Positions 11,701 through 25,276 of a DNA stretch of 64,000 bases are shown in pieces. Position 1 is the stretch's first letter. Each line of letters opens with the position of its first letter. A program made the position numbers and the translations under genes. The stretch lies in contig NC_081383.1 of assembly GCF_030684315.1 (NCBI RefSeq), positions 19,947,942 through 20,011,941 on the forward strand, given 5' to 3'. Below the pieces are notes generated by a model, which was not told where the DNA came from, made no database searches, and saw nothing but the letters and a program-made list of their open reading frames with translations. Source of the stretch: Stegostoma tigrinum (lineage: Eukaryota).

Positions 11701-13130
11701 TCCATCTGCTCCAGAGGTGTGTTATGATATTAATAATTTATGATGCAAATAATCAGGTATTTGAAAGTTGTGTATAAGGACTGTTCGGAGTGACCGTATG
11801 CTGAAGAAGAATGATTGTTTCAGAATTATATAACAGTGAATAAACATGGTTGTAAATATTTAAAGATTTTATTTTTCTTCTGGGTTGATGCTAAATTTAT
11901 CACAGGGAGTCCTGGGGGACAGGAAGGAAAGTTAAGTTCACAAGTATGTCAGCTTTGATCTTGTTGAATGGTGGAGCAGTTTTGAGGGCCCAGTGGCCTA
12001 CTTGAGCTCCTATTTCTGGTAAGATATAAAGAAAACTTAAGCCAAAGCTACGCTTTACCCTCCCAATCCAAACAAACTACTCTCCCAAACATCCCACTGA
12101 CCTGATTACAAATTCACCTAACCCAACTGGGCTATCCACTTGGCTACTTCACCCTGTATGACCCAAACTTGCCTCCCTATTTCATCCAGCAATCCCCGAT
12201 CTACTAACGCAGCCAACCCCCATCCAAATACCTGCTTCATTTACCTATCTGTTCACTCATCTATTCAATAACATCAAAGTATACTTTCAAACAAGTGTTT
12301 ATTGAGTTAGTCTCTGTATTTCAAGGCAATAATATGCACAATAGCTCCACTTGACAAATTTCTTTGTACTTAAGATTCACAGTATATTTATTCTGTAAGG
12401 TACCTTGTACAAGTATAGTGGAAGAAAATTGTTCTTCATTTTTATAAAGTCTTGAGTTAAGTACTATGCCACTTTATGATGCAATCTTTCATACATAGTT
12501 TTTGGTGAACAAAAATGGTACAGATTATGTATTCTCTTACACACTTTTTTTGAACAACTTTAAGCTAGATATTATTAAGTCATTGGTAGTACAGTGATGA
12601 ACATATTTTCAACAGGGAATTGACCATAATACAAGATCTGTTTTCTACCTCTACAATCAGATAACCAGAGTTATCTTTTAGACTGTCCATCAGAGTGGCA
12701 ACTACAGGTCCAAGTGCTAAACAGCCTTTCAATAAAGGAAAACTGAATGGGCTATTATTGAGTAATGTTCTGAGGGGCATTTACAAATGTGGAGTAAAAT
12801 TATTCAACTGCATTAATACCTGTGTGCTGAAATCATGTTGATGGATTCAATAATGAATTTGATAACTTAGATTATTTGAAAATATGGATCCAAATATTTT
12901 AAAAATTATTAAAAGCAAATCTCAGCTGCACTAATTATATTGGCTCAATTTTCAAAGTGATAAAGTATTGATTCACTTCAACATTTTCCTTCAATCTTCT
13001 GTGGGATGGCATGAATAAAATGACAGCTGACCACTTTGTTTTGCCTCGTTTTTACTTACATTTAATATTTTCCTCACAATCTTGCGCAGAATATATATCT
13101 CATTATTTTATACAACTTTTCATACATTCA

Positions 13131-13498
13131 TTACAAGTGCCACACTTTCTTCATATATGCCTCTTTAAAACCATAGTCACTGATGTAGTACCCCACATCT
13201 GGATGACTTTTCAGGCTACAAGCAATAGAAGTTGTTTTAAAATATTCCAGAAACTGATGTGTTATATTCTGAATACTAATAATTGTGTCCTCTAATGCAG
13301 GCAACACCCTATTGACATACTGCGTCCAATCTGGAAGATTTATTTTCCACCATTCCTGGTCAGGATCAGGCAGAACTGTTCCATTTGATTCCAGGACATG
13401 GACAGAATTCTTGTATAATTCCTCCGAGAGCTCCAGAACATCTTTGCAGAACATTTCCAAACAGACTAGTGATTCTGGAAACACGCAGAATAAGGACT
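13131..13498 (-). CDS. Uncharacterised gene, terminal coding exon (exon 4)
   Basis: Acceptor ctctcttttcttttcaag|AG TCC.. (phase 1). Encodes SLFCVFPESLVCLEMFCKDVLELSEELY..DQEWWKINLPDWTQYVNRVLP..YMKKVWHL-stop. Candidate minus-strand AATAAA signals lie near 12300-12390. Confidence 0.8.
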
Positions 13499-14589
13499 CT
13501 TGAAAAGAAAAGAGAGATATTTTTCACATGCATTTATTCTATGCTAGTACTGTAGGGTAGGTTCAAGATTCTAAATAAACATTTTTAAAAATCTGTATGG
13601 CAGTGTCTTATCAGTGGCTTTCTCTTCTTCTTGAGGTCTCTGCCGAAAGGCGAGACTAAGTCACTGTTCCATAATCTCCACCATGGATAGAGCAAGAAGA
13701 CTGGTGCTGACTCCACTGCAGCTGGAATGGGAATCATGCCCCATGGTATATGGTACCAATCTGATTGAGGTAACTGGACTAACCAAGACCATAAGCTGTT
13801 AGTTTCCTGGGTGTACCACTTCTGAACAGTATTCTGGGTAATGACACAGCGCCTTCCACCAGCTCCAGTTGAAAGACATAAGCCACCTTGTTCCTACAAA
13901 CCAAACTTCCAGACTCCCCAAACCCCCTACTGATCAGCAGAACTGATTTTTCTCTACCTGTTAGCACTCGACTCCTCATAGTTCTCAGTCCTTTCTTACC
14001 CCTACTGCTCGATTACCCACCTCCTGCTCTGTTCTCTTTCTTTTCCATTCCAAACCCCACATCCCTTTCTACATCCTCCCCCATCTCCCTATCTTCCAAC
14101 CCACGATTTCTATCCCTACTCCCTTCCCCATCTCTCTTGTTGCTACAAATTAAAGTCACCATGCGACCTTCTGGATGAATCTAGGGTGCTTCTCACAATT
14201 TGAAAAACCAGATCACTGTTCAACTTACGTGCAGATAGTAGACTTTAGTAAGAAGGTAATCTGACACTCATTCTATCACACGTCAGAATCTTTCATCTGT
14301 CTAAACTTTCAAAAGTTTAAGAAAACTGATTTTAAAGAAGAGAACCGCAAGCATGTAGTCAAGCAAATCGTGCAAGGACCAATGATTTAAACTCAGTCAG
14401 GAATAAGCATGTTTGATGTGGTCATACACCACTATTACTTTGTATTCTGGCTGTGAGGATGCTGCCTCTGAGTGTCTGCCTCTCTGGCAGCTTTGACCGA
14501 CGTGCCTGGGTGGCCACGGAGCAGGAGTTAGCATGTTAGCATACACTTGAAGCCTTCTGTAACTCACAGACATCCCTGGAAGTCAAGTA

Positions 14590-14880
14590 TTTATTTTTCA
14601 TTCGCTCATGAAATGTAGGCGTCATTGATAAGGCTAGCATTTATTGTCCATCCCTAATTGCCCTTGAACTGACTGGCTTGCTTGACTGTTTTGAAGGCCA
14701 CTTAACCACATTGCAATGGGTCTGGAGTCATATGTGGGCCAGACCAGGTAAGGACAGCAGTTCCCTTCCCAAGGGGAAATTTAAAAAATCATATGGAATT
14801 TTACGACAATCACCAAACCTAAATGCCAAGAGTGTTACTCTGGAATTCTGGATTACTAGTTCAGTGACGTTACCTCAACT
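14590..14880 (-). mobile_element. tRNA-derived SINE with LINE-type tail
   Basis: Reverse complement of the family seen at 23220-23545 (ctggagtcatatgtgggccagacc; gcatttattgtccatccctaattgccc). Confidence 0.65.
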
Positions 14881-15003
14881 ACATTAGTTGTAGCACTCTA
14901 AACAGGGTCACCTTAGGTTTTCTATTTGTTTCATGGCTCTGCGGAGACTCAGCGCCTTCTTAATTTATTTAAACAAAGGACATAGTGTTATAAAAGAACA
15001 TAC

Positions 15004-15070
15004 CAGCACTGGACTCAGAAATACAGCTCCCCACAGTCCGGCTTTCTTTGTTATGCATGTGTATCAACTC
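15004..15070 (-). CDS. Uncharacterised gene, coding exon 3
   Basis: Strong acceptor tttgcatctttccttctttatttactacag|GAG; encodes ELIHMHNKESRTVGSCISESSA G|gtatgt. It is 67 nt, phase 0 to 1, and exactly bridges exons 2 and 4. Confidence 0.75.
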
Positions 15071-16264
15071 CTGTAGTAAATAAAGAAGGAAAGATGCAAA
15101 TTGTTTGCTGAAATCCTATTTCTTTATTTGTCAGACTGCTTAGTTTACAGCACAAAGGATTTGTCTTTTTCTACTGAGTTATATAGTTGCACAGGGACTT
15201 CCTATAATGGGATGTGAGTCAGTCTCAGTCTTGCCATTTAAAAGGAGATAGAGTTGTATTAGGTTTCGTTAATCACCCTGATGGAATTGGGTAATATGAG
15301 GCATTAAAATCACTGAGGCAAGATGCTACTTATACTCTGCAATTTCAACTGTGACTTAGGACCTCATTCCAGGCAACGATGGAGCTGATGGAAATACAAA
15401 ATGGTGGGGTCTGAGGATAACAATTACTTTAGCATATTTTCTGTGAGGTCAACACCTAGTGCTCACCTCCAGTAGTCACAGATGCCAAAACACAAGATGG
15501 AAAAGATAAATTGTAAACCTTTTCTAGACTCCACAAGGAAATCTAGGGCCTTCTATACCTCAGACTTTCCTTCGATTGCCTGTGATTTGCTTTAGAGACC
15601 TTCAACCCCCATTTAGATGTATTTTTACTGGTGCATTTTTTCTAACCCTGTTGCACATGCTTGCTATCTGCTGGGGCCTCATTTCTGCCAGGTTATAGAG
15701 AGAATTGGGGCTAATTTATATAAATAAAGGAACAGGGGTCTTGACTTCATGCCAGTAACTAGGTGAACTTGGTGCTTGGCTACCATTACATTTGGGCTAT
15801 TGAAATTGTACACAAGTTTATTATGGAAAGTAAACAGCTTCAGCAAAATATAGTGATTAATGGCCATTTGGAGAGTGAGAGGAAAAGGATTTAACATCAC
15901 ATAACTCCTGAACAATTTATTTTACAATGGCTTTTGTTGTGAATGGAAGCAGTCTGCCGCTGCAGAATAGATGTGACAGGACAAAGCTATAGACAATAAC
16001 ATCACTAATAAATCAGAAGGACCAAACTACTTAAAACGTGACTTAACTAATGCCGAGAGTTACTTGGAAACTGTAAGCATGTATACAATGGGGGAATGCG
16101 GCCAAAAGTCTCTCAAGCTTCTGGGTGGTACCATCCTTTGTTGATCATTTTATTTTTCTTAATTGTAGTCATTCTTTCACAAGGAGGGCTATGGTATGAT
16201 ACAGTTGTTGCAAGTTCTCATGAGCCCTTACTGCAAAGTTTCAAGTCCACCAAGTCTATTCCAT

Positions 16265-17020
16265 ATTTCTAAATGGTGAGAAAATTCGTAAAGCAGAAGT
16301 ACAAAGGGATCTGGGAGTGTTGGTCCAGGATTCTCTAAAAGTTAACTTGCAGGTAGAGTCCGTGATTACGAAAGCGAATGTAATGTTGTCGTTTATCTCA
16401 AGATGGTTGGTATATAAAAGCAGCGATGTGCTTCTGAGACTTTATAAAGCTCTAGTTAGGCCCCATTTAGAATACTGTGTCCAATTTTGGGCCCCACATC
16501 TTAGGAAGGACATACTAACCCTGGAGCATGTCCAGTGGAGATAGCCACGGATGATCCCTGGAATGGTAGGTTTAACGTATGATGAACGGCTAAGGATCCT
16601 GGGATTGTACTCATTAGAGTTTAGAAGGTTGAGGGGAGATCTAATAGAAACTTACAAGATAATGTATGGCTTAGAAGGGGTAGACGCTGGGAAGTTGTTT
16701 CCATTAGGTGGGGAGACTAGGACCCATGGGCACAGCCTTAAAATTAGAGGGGGTAAATTTAAAACTGAAATGAGACGACATTTCTTCAGCCAGAGAGTGG
16801 TGGGCTTGTGGAATTCATTGCCACGGAGTGCAGTGGAGGCCGGGACGTTAGATGCCTTCAAGGCAGAGATCGACAAATTCTTGATCTCACAAGGAATCAA
16901 GGGCTCCGGGGAGAGTGCAGGGAAGTGGAGTTGAAATGCCCATCAGCCATGATTTAAATGGCGGAGTGGATTTAATGGGCTAAATGACCTTTTTTCCACT
17001 CCTATGTCTTATGGTCTTAT
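16265..17020 (+). mobile_element. CR1-clade LINE 3' fragment
   Basis: LYKALVRPHLEYCVQFWAP, RRLRGDLIETYKIM and HFFSQRVVGLWNSLP; 3' tail cttatggtcttat. Confidence 0.9.
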
Positions 17021-17609
17021 ACAGCTGTGACGCCTTTGCACTCAGGTCAATAGCCACCAGTTTCATTTCTCTGTTAATGTGAACAGCATGAGTCAGGTGG
17101 GGCAAAAACTATTGGTATTCAAGAAGCCACTACCTGTAGTGCTCAGGCCATTATTGTAACTAAGGTTTTGCCTGTATGGCTTTGAATCCCACTCTCATTG
17201 CCTTTTAGAGAGTTCGTGTGACCTAATGGTAGTGTTTGTACCTTCGAACCAGGAAGCTGGGTTCATGTCCCACATGTTCAGGAGGTGGCAGTTAATAGTT
17301 ACAAGCAGAAGAAATCTTGGTGATGGGGAAAAAAGTCAGTTGTGTGTGATAGCACTTCCAGATATAAAAAGGAAAAAAGAAAGCTGGGTGCTTCACTCAT
17401 TCCTAAGTATTGGACTTGCATTTGATGGTGGTCTTAATGCAAATTAATAACTCAGCATCAGTAGTTAATGCAGTCATTTGAGTGTGTAGAAGCATTTACT
17501 TATGAAGGGGTTTACAGCCTACATCAGGGTGTCAACAGATTGCTACTTTATACATAGTCAGGGAGAAGGTAGCTGCTCTTGGGTCCTCTGTTGTGATGAG
17601 TCTGCAATT

Positions 17610-18325
17610 AGACATAGCAGGAAATTTGAAGCACAAAGGGACTTAGAAGTTATGCTTGCTCAGGATCCACCTAAGGTTAACATGTGAACTCAGTTGGCAG
17701 TTGGGAAAACAAAAGCATTGTTCACATTTGGAGAGGGCTAGAATGCAAGTGCAGGGATATACTACTGAGGCTGTGTAAGGCTCTGTTCAGAATGAATTTG
17801 GAATACTGAGAGTAATTTTAGGCCCCATATCTAAGGAAGAACGTACTGGCCTTGGAGAGGGTCCAGAGGAGGTTTACTAAAATGATTCCAGGAATTAAGA
17901 GCTTGCTGTATGAGAAGTGGTTGAGTTGAGGACTCTGGGCCTTTACTCAATGGAGTTTAGAAGGATGAACAACAGGGATCTCACAGAATGCTGAGAGGTA
18001 TAGACATGGAGAAGATGTTTCAACCAGTAGGAGAGACTAGGAACCAAGGCCACAGACTCAGTGAAGCAATGACCTTTAGAACTGAAATGAGAAGGAATTG
18101 CTTCATCCAGAGGGTGGTTAAACAGTGAAACTCATTGCCACAGAAGACTATGAAGGTCAAGCCATTTAGTGTATCTAAGACAGAGATAGATAGGTTTTTG
18201 ATTAGTAAAGGCATCAAAGGTTATAGGAAGAATGGAGGAGCTTGGAGTTGAGTAATATAACAGAGACTAATTGGCTGACTGGCATAATTCTCTTCCTTTA
18301 TCTTATGGTTTTATGGTCTTTATGA
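17610..18325 (+). mobile_element. Older CR1 LINE 3' fragment
   Basis: Degenerate parallel of 16265-17020, ending tcttatggttttatggtc. Confidence 0.75.
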
Positions 18326-18506
18326 ATAAAAGTGATCAGGACATTGAACTTCAATCTAGATTGAGTTGTCTCTTCTGCATTCACCATGTTGGATAACAGA
18401 TGTTAATATAATTCTTCTGGCTCCTGTTTGTCAGCATATAGATGGCAAAATGTTTACATTGCAAACAAATTTAATGCAAAAGGTTTTGACAGTGATAGTT
18501 GCCTAC

Positions 18507-18708
18507 CTCAGTGGTCACCGCTGCATGGCGTAAATTTTTTTTCTGTAAATATATAAATTCTGAGATAAATTTCACATGTTGCTGCTCAATAGAATTCAGT
18601 TCTATATCAGTAACACCTTTTCGATGGAGCTCATATACTTTTCCACTCCAGTTGCGGCGAAGACTGGTGATGCTATAGGTTGCCTCTGTGGACTCTGTAC
18701 CATTCCAC
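18507..18708 (-). CDS. Uncharacterised gene, coding exon 2
   Basis: attgcag|G TGG..: (R)WNGTESTEATYSITSLRRNWSGKVYELHRKGVTDIELNSIEQQHVKFISEFIYLQKKNLRHAAVTTE|gtaggc; 202 nt, phase 2 to 0. Confidence 0.78.
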
Positions 18709-18854
18709 CTGCAATATAATAACAGACAAAGGTTTTCAATTTTAGAATACTTCATGATTTATCTAGTGAATTTCAGTGCTGAGGTGTTGACAGGCCCGTT
18801 GGCCATATGTCCCAAAGACTGTCCAATAGTTTAAAATAGCATATCCTTTCAGCT

Positions 18855-19094
18855 AAAAACTGAAAGAACTGCGGATGCTGTAAATGAAATAAAAATAGAA
18901 ATTGTTGGAAAAGCTCAAAAGGTCTGGCAGCATCTGTGGAGAGAAATCAGAGTTAACTTTTTGAGTCCAGTGACCCTTCCTTGGAATTGAGGATATTAAC
19001 TCTGATTTCTTTCCACAGATGCTGCCAGACCTTTTGAGCTTTTCCAACAATTTCTATTCTACTTTTTGAGTTTTTCCAGCAGTTTTTGTTTTTG
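18855..19094. mobile_element. Fold-back Penelope-terminus mini-element with TSD
   Basis: Near-perfect inverted arms aatagaaattgttggaaaagctcaaaaggtctggcagcatctgtgga..gttaa and their reverse complement. Flanks are tatcctttcagct (18842-18854) and tatcccttcaact (19095-19107). Confidence 0.8.
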
Positions 19095-19111
19095 TATCCC
19101 TTCAACTGTTT

Positions 19112-19315
19112 GTTTAGCTCATTTGGCTGATTTGCAATGTACAATGATACCAACAGCATGGGTTCAGTTCTTGTTGTGGCTGAGGTTACCATGAAGGACT
19201 TACCTTCTCAATTGCTCCCCTCTCCTGAAATGTCACGACCCTCAGATTAAATCACCACCAGTTGTCTCTAAGGAGAGAGCAGCACTATGGTCTGTTGGGA
19301 CTATGACAACTTTAT
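19112..19315 (+). mobile_element. tRNA-derived SINE (second copy reversed at about 51665-51860)
   Basis: ttagctcatttggc A-box, gggttcagttc B-box, and shared body accctcagattaaatcaccaccag..gagagcagc. Confidence 0.6.
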
Positions 19316-20599
19316 TTTTGCCTTTTACCTTCTGTAACAAGCAAGGTATCGACCATAGCCAACTATACCCAAACAGCTGGTGCTTGCAAAATCCCGTAAC
19401 CCAGTGTACAACATTAGATGTAATTCTACAATTGGACAGCATTTGGTGAATGATTCCAAATGTTTGTAGAATTGTGCTGACAATGAGTATTGTCAGTCAA
19501 GCTAGCAGTGTAGTGTACATATGTGTACTAGAAGCGTTATATATTAATACACAGGGCTTTTTCTTTGCAGACAGAGAGAATTTGTACATCAATTCTACCT
19601 GTTTCAACTCAACAGAATAGATGACAGCATTTGATGGCAAAGTCCTGACCAATCAGAGTCAGAGTTTAGAATTTCGGCAAAGCTTGATATTTAAGTGTCA
19701 TTCAGCATTAATCAGTGCATTTTCTCTGGCCATGCCTCTGTCAGAGTCCACTTGCTGACCTATCAGTATTATCACCTCATGCAGAATAAATGTTGGTTTT
19801 CCATTTGAATTGTCCAGATGAATGAAATGTGAAAAGCTTCAACTAAGTAAGTCTTTCTTCAATGTGCTGATTTAAATGAAGAATTTTCAATGCATGATCA
19901 AACAAAATTTTCGGTATATATGCTCTGTAATAGAATTTTCAGACTATATTCTCTCTAAATTACATGTCAAAAATGTCTACAGAGGTATCTTGTAATATAT
20001 GAAAGTGATGGATAGAAAAGATCCACTCTTCCACACCTCAAATTAAATGGGACTTTCCTAAAATGTTGAGCTTTCTTTACTTTCCACAGATGCTGACTAA
20101 CTTTCTGTATACTTCGTTTCAGGTTTCCAAATAATAGGCTGGAAATTGGCAGACAGATCCACACGAGGCTCGGAAGAGGACTCCTGCTTACTTCCACATC
20201 CATTCTCTCTTGGATAAGGCTTTCAAGAGTTGAGTTAATAGCTGATGTCTGCTTAGGCTTTACAATGTCTAGAAACAGGAGACTTGGATGCTCTACCCAT
20301 TTCTGGAATGTTGCAGTTGTGATTCCGTTCCAGACATTGCCAAAACTTTGTACAGAATTTTTGGGTTCAGATATTTTGTAATTTAGCTTTTCTGAGATGT
20401 TGTTATAAACTTTGGTGGAGGATGAAATTTGTTCCTACCACTACAGCATTTCCCTGTTCAGGGATGTTGTGACACTTCTTTGGAACAGGCGAGACCTTAA
20501 CCTGGGCCCCCTAGCTCAAAGTTGTGGATGCTACCACTGCTCCACAACAGCCCAGGTCTATATAAAGACGAAACTGAAACTTAATAAAAGTGGACAAAT

Positions 20600-22610
20600 A
20601 ACACCCTGAGTCGCTGACCTCCTATTCTTCAAGCAAGACACATGCATGGCAGAGAAACTCTGGTACTTTCATCCAGAGTTGAGGGATAGGATCTTGTTGG
20701 AATGCTATAAGCCTTCCTGGTTACAGGCTATTCAAATGAGGTAGATGGGGGAATAGAGGAGGAGGGAATCCTAATATTGATCAAGGAATCAATTATAGCA
20801 GTGAGGAGGGATCCTATCTTTGAACGATCATAAAAGTAGAGCACATTGATGAGTGAAATAAAACACAAAAAGGCAAACATGCTAGACACGCGAAACAGTC
20901 ACAAAGAGATAATCAAAATTTCAGAGAATTGTATGAATAATAAGGTATTAATAGTAGTGGATTTTAACTACACAAATATTAACTGGGATTGTTTCAGAGC
21001 GCAATCTAGGGAGGGCACAAAATATTTAAATTGCATCCAGAACCGTTTTAGCCGCAGAGAGGAGCCTGGGCAGATGGCAGGGAACATTTTGTACATAATC
21101 ACCATAATTTCATTAGATTTTGGATAGTGAAGGAAAAGGATAAGGATGGGCTGGGAATAAAAGTTCTAAATTGGGAACGGCTTTGTCTTACTAAGATAAG
21201 ATACAATCTGGTCCAGGTGGACTGGGGGCAGCTAGTTGCACATGAAACTGGGCAGTGGAGGCATTCAAAAAGGAACTAGTGAGACTACAGAGCAAATATG
21301 TTCCCATTAAAACAAAGGATGGGGCCAAAACCACAGAAGTCTAGATGGGACATAAAGTTTAGGTCTAAGAAAAAAAAGAAGTCAAAGCAGAAATCAAAAG
21401 CTCAATATGGTGAAATGCAGATGGTAATTTAGGAAAGCTAAGGGAGTGCATGAGAGCATTTGTGGGTAGAATAAAGAAAAACCCAAAAGGGTTCCGTAAT
21501 ATATAAACAGCAAGTGAATGACTAGGGAAAGAGTAGGGCCTATTGTGGACCTTAGAGCCAATATGTCTGTGGACTTAGAAGTTAGAGGCATAATCCTCAA
21601 CGAATACTTTGTGTTCAGGTTCACAATAGAAAATGATGCAAGTATAAATTTCAGAGGTGGAGGACTTTGAAATTTTGGAGGCAATTAACAAAAAGTACTA
21701 GCTGGTTTTAGCAGCCATATAAATGGATAGCTCTGCAGACCTGTATAAGATGTATCTCTGTAGAGTAAGTCAAGACAGGAGATAACAAGGGCAGTAATTT
21801 TCAAATGTCCTTTGGCCATAGGTGAGGATCTGGAAGACTGGAAGGCTAATGTTGTCACATGATTTTTAAAAATGAAGAAAACTGGAGATATATCAAGAAA
21901 TTACAGGCCAGTCAGTCTAACTTCAGTGGTAGGGATGTTATTAGAAAGTACTCAAAGTGTCAGAGTATATCTGCAAATTAAAATGCACGGATTGATCAGA
22001 GATAATCAACCTGGATTTGTTAAGGTAAGGTCACGTTTGACAAATTTGATCAAACCTTTTGAGGAATGCTGATGAAGTAATACGATTAATGAGCACTATA
22101 TTGACTTCACCAAGGCTTTCGATAAGGTTCCTCATGGCAGACTTATCAACAAAATAAGAAACCCATGGGAAAGTAACATGTTGGATCTAAAATTGACTGA
22201 GAGGCAGAAACATGAGCTTGATGTTACAGGAATGTGATTGGAGGTGGGATTCTGCTAGGCTCAGTGCTGATGCCCTTACTGTTTGTAGTGTGTGTAATTT
22301 ATTTGGATTTAAATATATGGGACATGATCAAGAAGTTCATGGATGGCACAACATTTGGTGGCAAAAAGTAAAGAGGACAGCTGTAAACTGCAAGAGGAAA
22401 TCAATAAACTAATCAGCTGGGCAGAGCAGAGGCAAATGAAATTCAACATGGAAAAGTGTGAGATCATGTACTTGGGGAGGGCCAGCAAAGCAAAAGATTA
22501 CATGATGATTCATAGAAACCTGAAAAATATTGAAAATCAGAGGTACCTTAGTATGCCTGTTAACAAATCCCTGAAGATAGCAGAGCAGATACATCAGATG
22601 TTAAAGTGAT
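20600..22610 (+). mobile_element. Long decayed CR1 LINE ORF2 (endonuclease to RT)
   Basis: IVVDFNYTNINWD, NYRPVSLTSVVG, QPGFVKVRS, DFTKAFDKVPH and MKFNMEKCEIM remnants with many indels. Confidence 0.85.
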
Positions 22611-23219
22611 ACAAATGTTGTCAGATGAATATAAGTCACTTCTTTCTAAAAACATAAAGCATGAGACACGCTATAAATTCAAACAAGGCAAGTTCTACCC
22701 TTATTTTAAATGTAATCTAAATAAGAACAATTTTATGGGAAATTAGTAAATGTTTACTTTTTATTAGTTTGTTTAAATTGGACTTTTATAAAGACGCAGA
22801 CACTAAGTGAGGAATCTACTATTTTAACATTATTTATCTTTCTATGGCAGTACCTTCGTATGCTACACTACCTTCTATTGTATTACATGTTACAACTGAT
22901 ATTATTGAAGTATTAATTTTTGATATGTTCTATCAAGATGACTTGATTTTACAGAAAATATGAGCAGGAATGGCCCATTTGGTTTCTTGAGCCCGTTTCT
23001 TTATTCAATAAGGTAATATATTATCACCAAACACCACTTTTCTGCTTGATCCCTACATTCTCAAAGGTTGGCTGATTTCATTGGACATTAGCAAATGTCA
23101 TGTACTTGGTTAATTCAGAAATTAACATCTTATCCTGTAATGAAACTGTTCCAATTCTTGTTTTGCAATTTTATAAAGTTATACCTGGGTATGATTTACT
23201 GTAACAAACTGCATCAGGG

Positions 23220-23547
23220 GAAGCAATACCTTAGTGGTACTATCGCTGGACTGTTAATCCAGATAACCAAATAAGGCTCTGGTCACCTGGGTTTGAATCC
23301 CACCATAACAGATGGTGGAATTTGAAATCAATTTGAATTAAGAGTCTAATGATTTCCATGAATGCACTGCTGATTGTCTTGGAAAAAAAACATTTGGTTC
23401 ACAAACGTCCTTTAGGGAAGGAAGCTGCCATCCTTGTCTGGCCTACATGTGACTCCAGACCCACAGCAACATTGTTGACTCAGTCCTCTGTGCAATAAAT
23501 GCTGCCTAGCCAGTAATGCCCACATCCCATGAATGAATAAACAAAAA
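23220..23547 (+). mobile_element. Full-length tRNA-derived SINE
   Basis: tRNA head (tagtggt..ctgggtttgaatccc), body ctttagggaaggaagctgccatcct, and tail gcaataaatgctgcctagccagtaatgcccacatcccatgaatgaataaa. Confidence 0.75.
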
Positions 23548-24299
23548 TGCTAAATATAAATGTAACTGCATAAAATGCTTAAGATATTTAATCAAATTCT
23601 GGAAAAGCAATGAATGTTAGCTCTTGAGAATTAAAATAGTTTAATTCCAATGTACAGTAATGGATAGCTTGTATTTTGTTGAAATATGATATAGATCAAA
23701 ATGGGGAAAAATGGCTACAATGATACACTGTGTTAATAACAAATAGGATGGCATCAGGTGGGTGGAGGTGACTATTCAATTGCGGCTAATGCTCATGTTA
23801 CAATACAGGAATTGTATCTAGGCCATTGCCTTGGGGACACTGAATTAGTTTGAATAGATAAGAAAGGTGTGAGTATATTGGTGGTTAAAATGGAGAAATG
23901 ACTTATCAGCAAGGAAAAAAGTGATCAGGATATTGTTAGGCCCAATGAATGTCGAAAGGTTCAGCATGATTTGTTTAAATCATTCATCCTTTAATCTGGA
24001 GGAAAAAGTGCCAGATAAGATGAAAAAAAATTTCAAGCTTGAAAGCTAGGTTTCACTACGTACCCAAAGAATGTCTGGAATTACTTTGTTATTCTAAGGT
24101 AAGTGTAGAATGCCTTCAGATGAACAATTGCATTTTTGATGTCCAATGTAAAAAAAAATTCTGACACGAAAAAATTTAAAAATCAAAAGATAAGGTCACA
24201 CTAATTCTAATTCAAATTGAAATACCATGGCAAGAGGTCTAAGACAAAAAGGTTTCTATCACACAAGTATTAAGAGGGAAGGAATGAATATGCTCATGT

Positions 24300-25276
24300 C
24301 GGTGGTCAGTGTTGGGTCCACTGCTGTTTGTCATTTTTATGAATGACCTGGATGAGGGCGTAGAAGGATGGGTTAGTGAATTTGCAGACGACACTAATGT
24401 CGGTGGAGTTGTGGATAGTGACGAAAGATGCTGTAGGTTGCAGAGAGACATAGATAAGCTGCAGAGCTGGTCTGAGAGGTGGCAAATGGAGTTTAATGCA
24501 GACAAGTGTGAGGTGATGCACTTTGGTAGGCGTAATCGGAAGGCAAAGTACTGGGCTAATGGTAAGATTCTTGGTAGTGTAGATGAGCAGAGAGATCTCG
24601 GTGTCCAAGTACACAGATCCTTGAAAGTTTCCACCCAGGTTGACAGGGCTGTTAAGAAGGCATACAGTGTTTTAACTTTCATTAATAGAGGGATCGAGTT
24701 CCGGAACCGAGAGGTTATGGTGAAGCTGTACAAAACTCTGGTGCGGCCGCACTTGGAGTATTGTGTACAGTTCTGGTCACCGCATTATAAGAAGGATGTG
24801 GAAGCTTTGGAAAGGGTGCAGAGGAGATTTACTAGGATGTTGCCTGGTATTGAGGGAAGGTCTTACGAGGAAAGGCTGAGGGACTTGAGGCTGTTTTCAT
24901 TAGAGAGAAGGTTGAGAGGTGACTTAATTGAAACATATAAAATAATCAGAGGGTTAGATAGGGTGGATAGGGAGAGCCTTTTTCCTAGGATGGTGACGGC
25001 GAGCACGAGGGGGCATAGCTTTAAATTGAGGGGTGAAAGATATAGGACAGATATCAGAGGGAGTTTCTTTACTCAGAGAGTAGTAAGGGAATGGAACGCT
25101 TTGCCTGCAACGGCAATAGATTCGCCAACTTTAGGTACATTTAAGTCGTCATTGGATAAGCATATGGACATACATGGAATAGTGTAGGTTAGATGGACTT
25201 GAGATCGGTATGAAAGGTCGGCACAACATCGAGGGCCGAAGGGTCTGTACTGCGCTGTAATGTTCTATCTTCTATG
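24300..25276 (+). mobile_element. Young 5'-truncated CR1 LINE with intact 292-aa RT C-terminus
   Basis: SVLGPLLFVIF, FADD, LVRPHLEYCVQFWSP and FFTQRVVREWNALP; 3' UTR and gttctat-type tail. Confidence 0.95.

Noticed and set aside
13888-14178. 96-aa Leu/Ser/Pro-rich ORF
   Set aside because: Low-complexity pyrimidine tract in an intron.
16060-16135. Candidate exon DGTTQKLERLLAAFPHCIHAYSFQ of the unknown gene
   Set aside because: The acceptor lacks a pyrimidine tract, and the exon is not needed once 15070-15004 is used.
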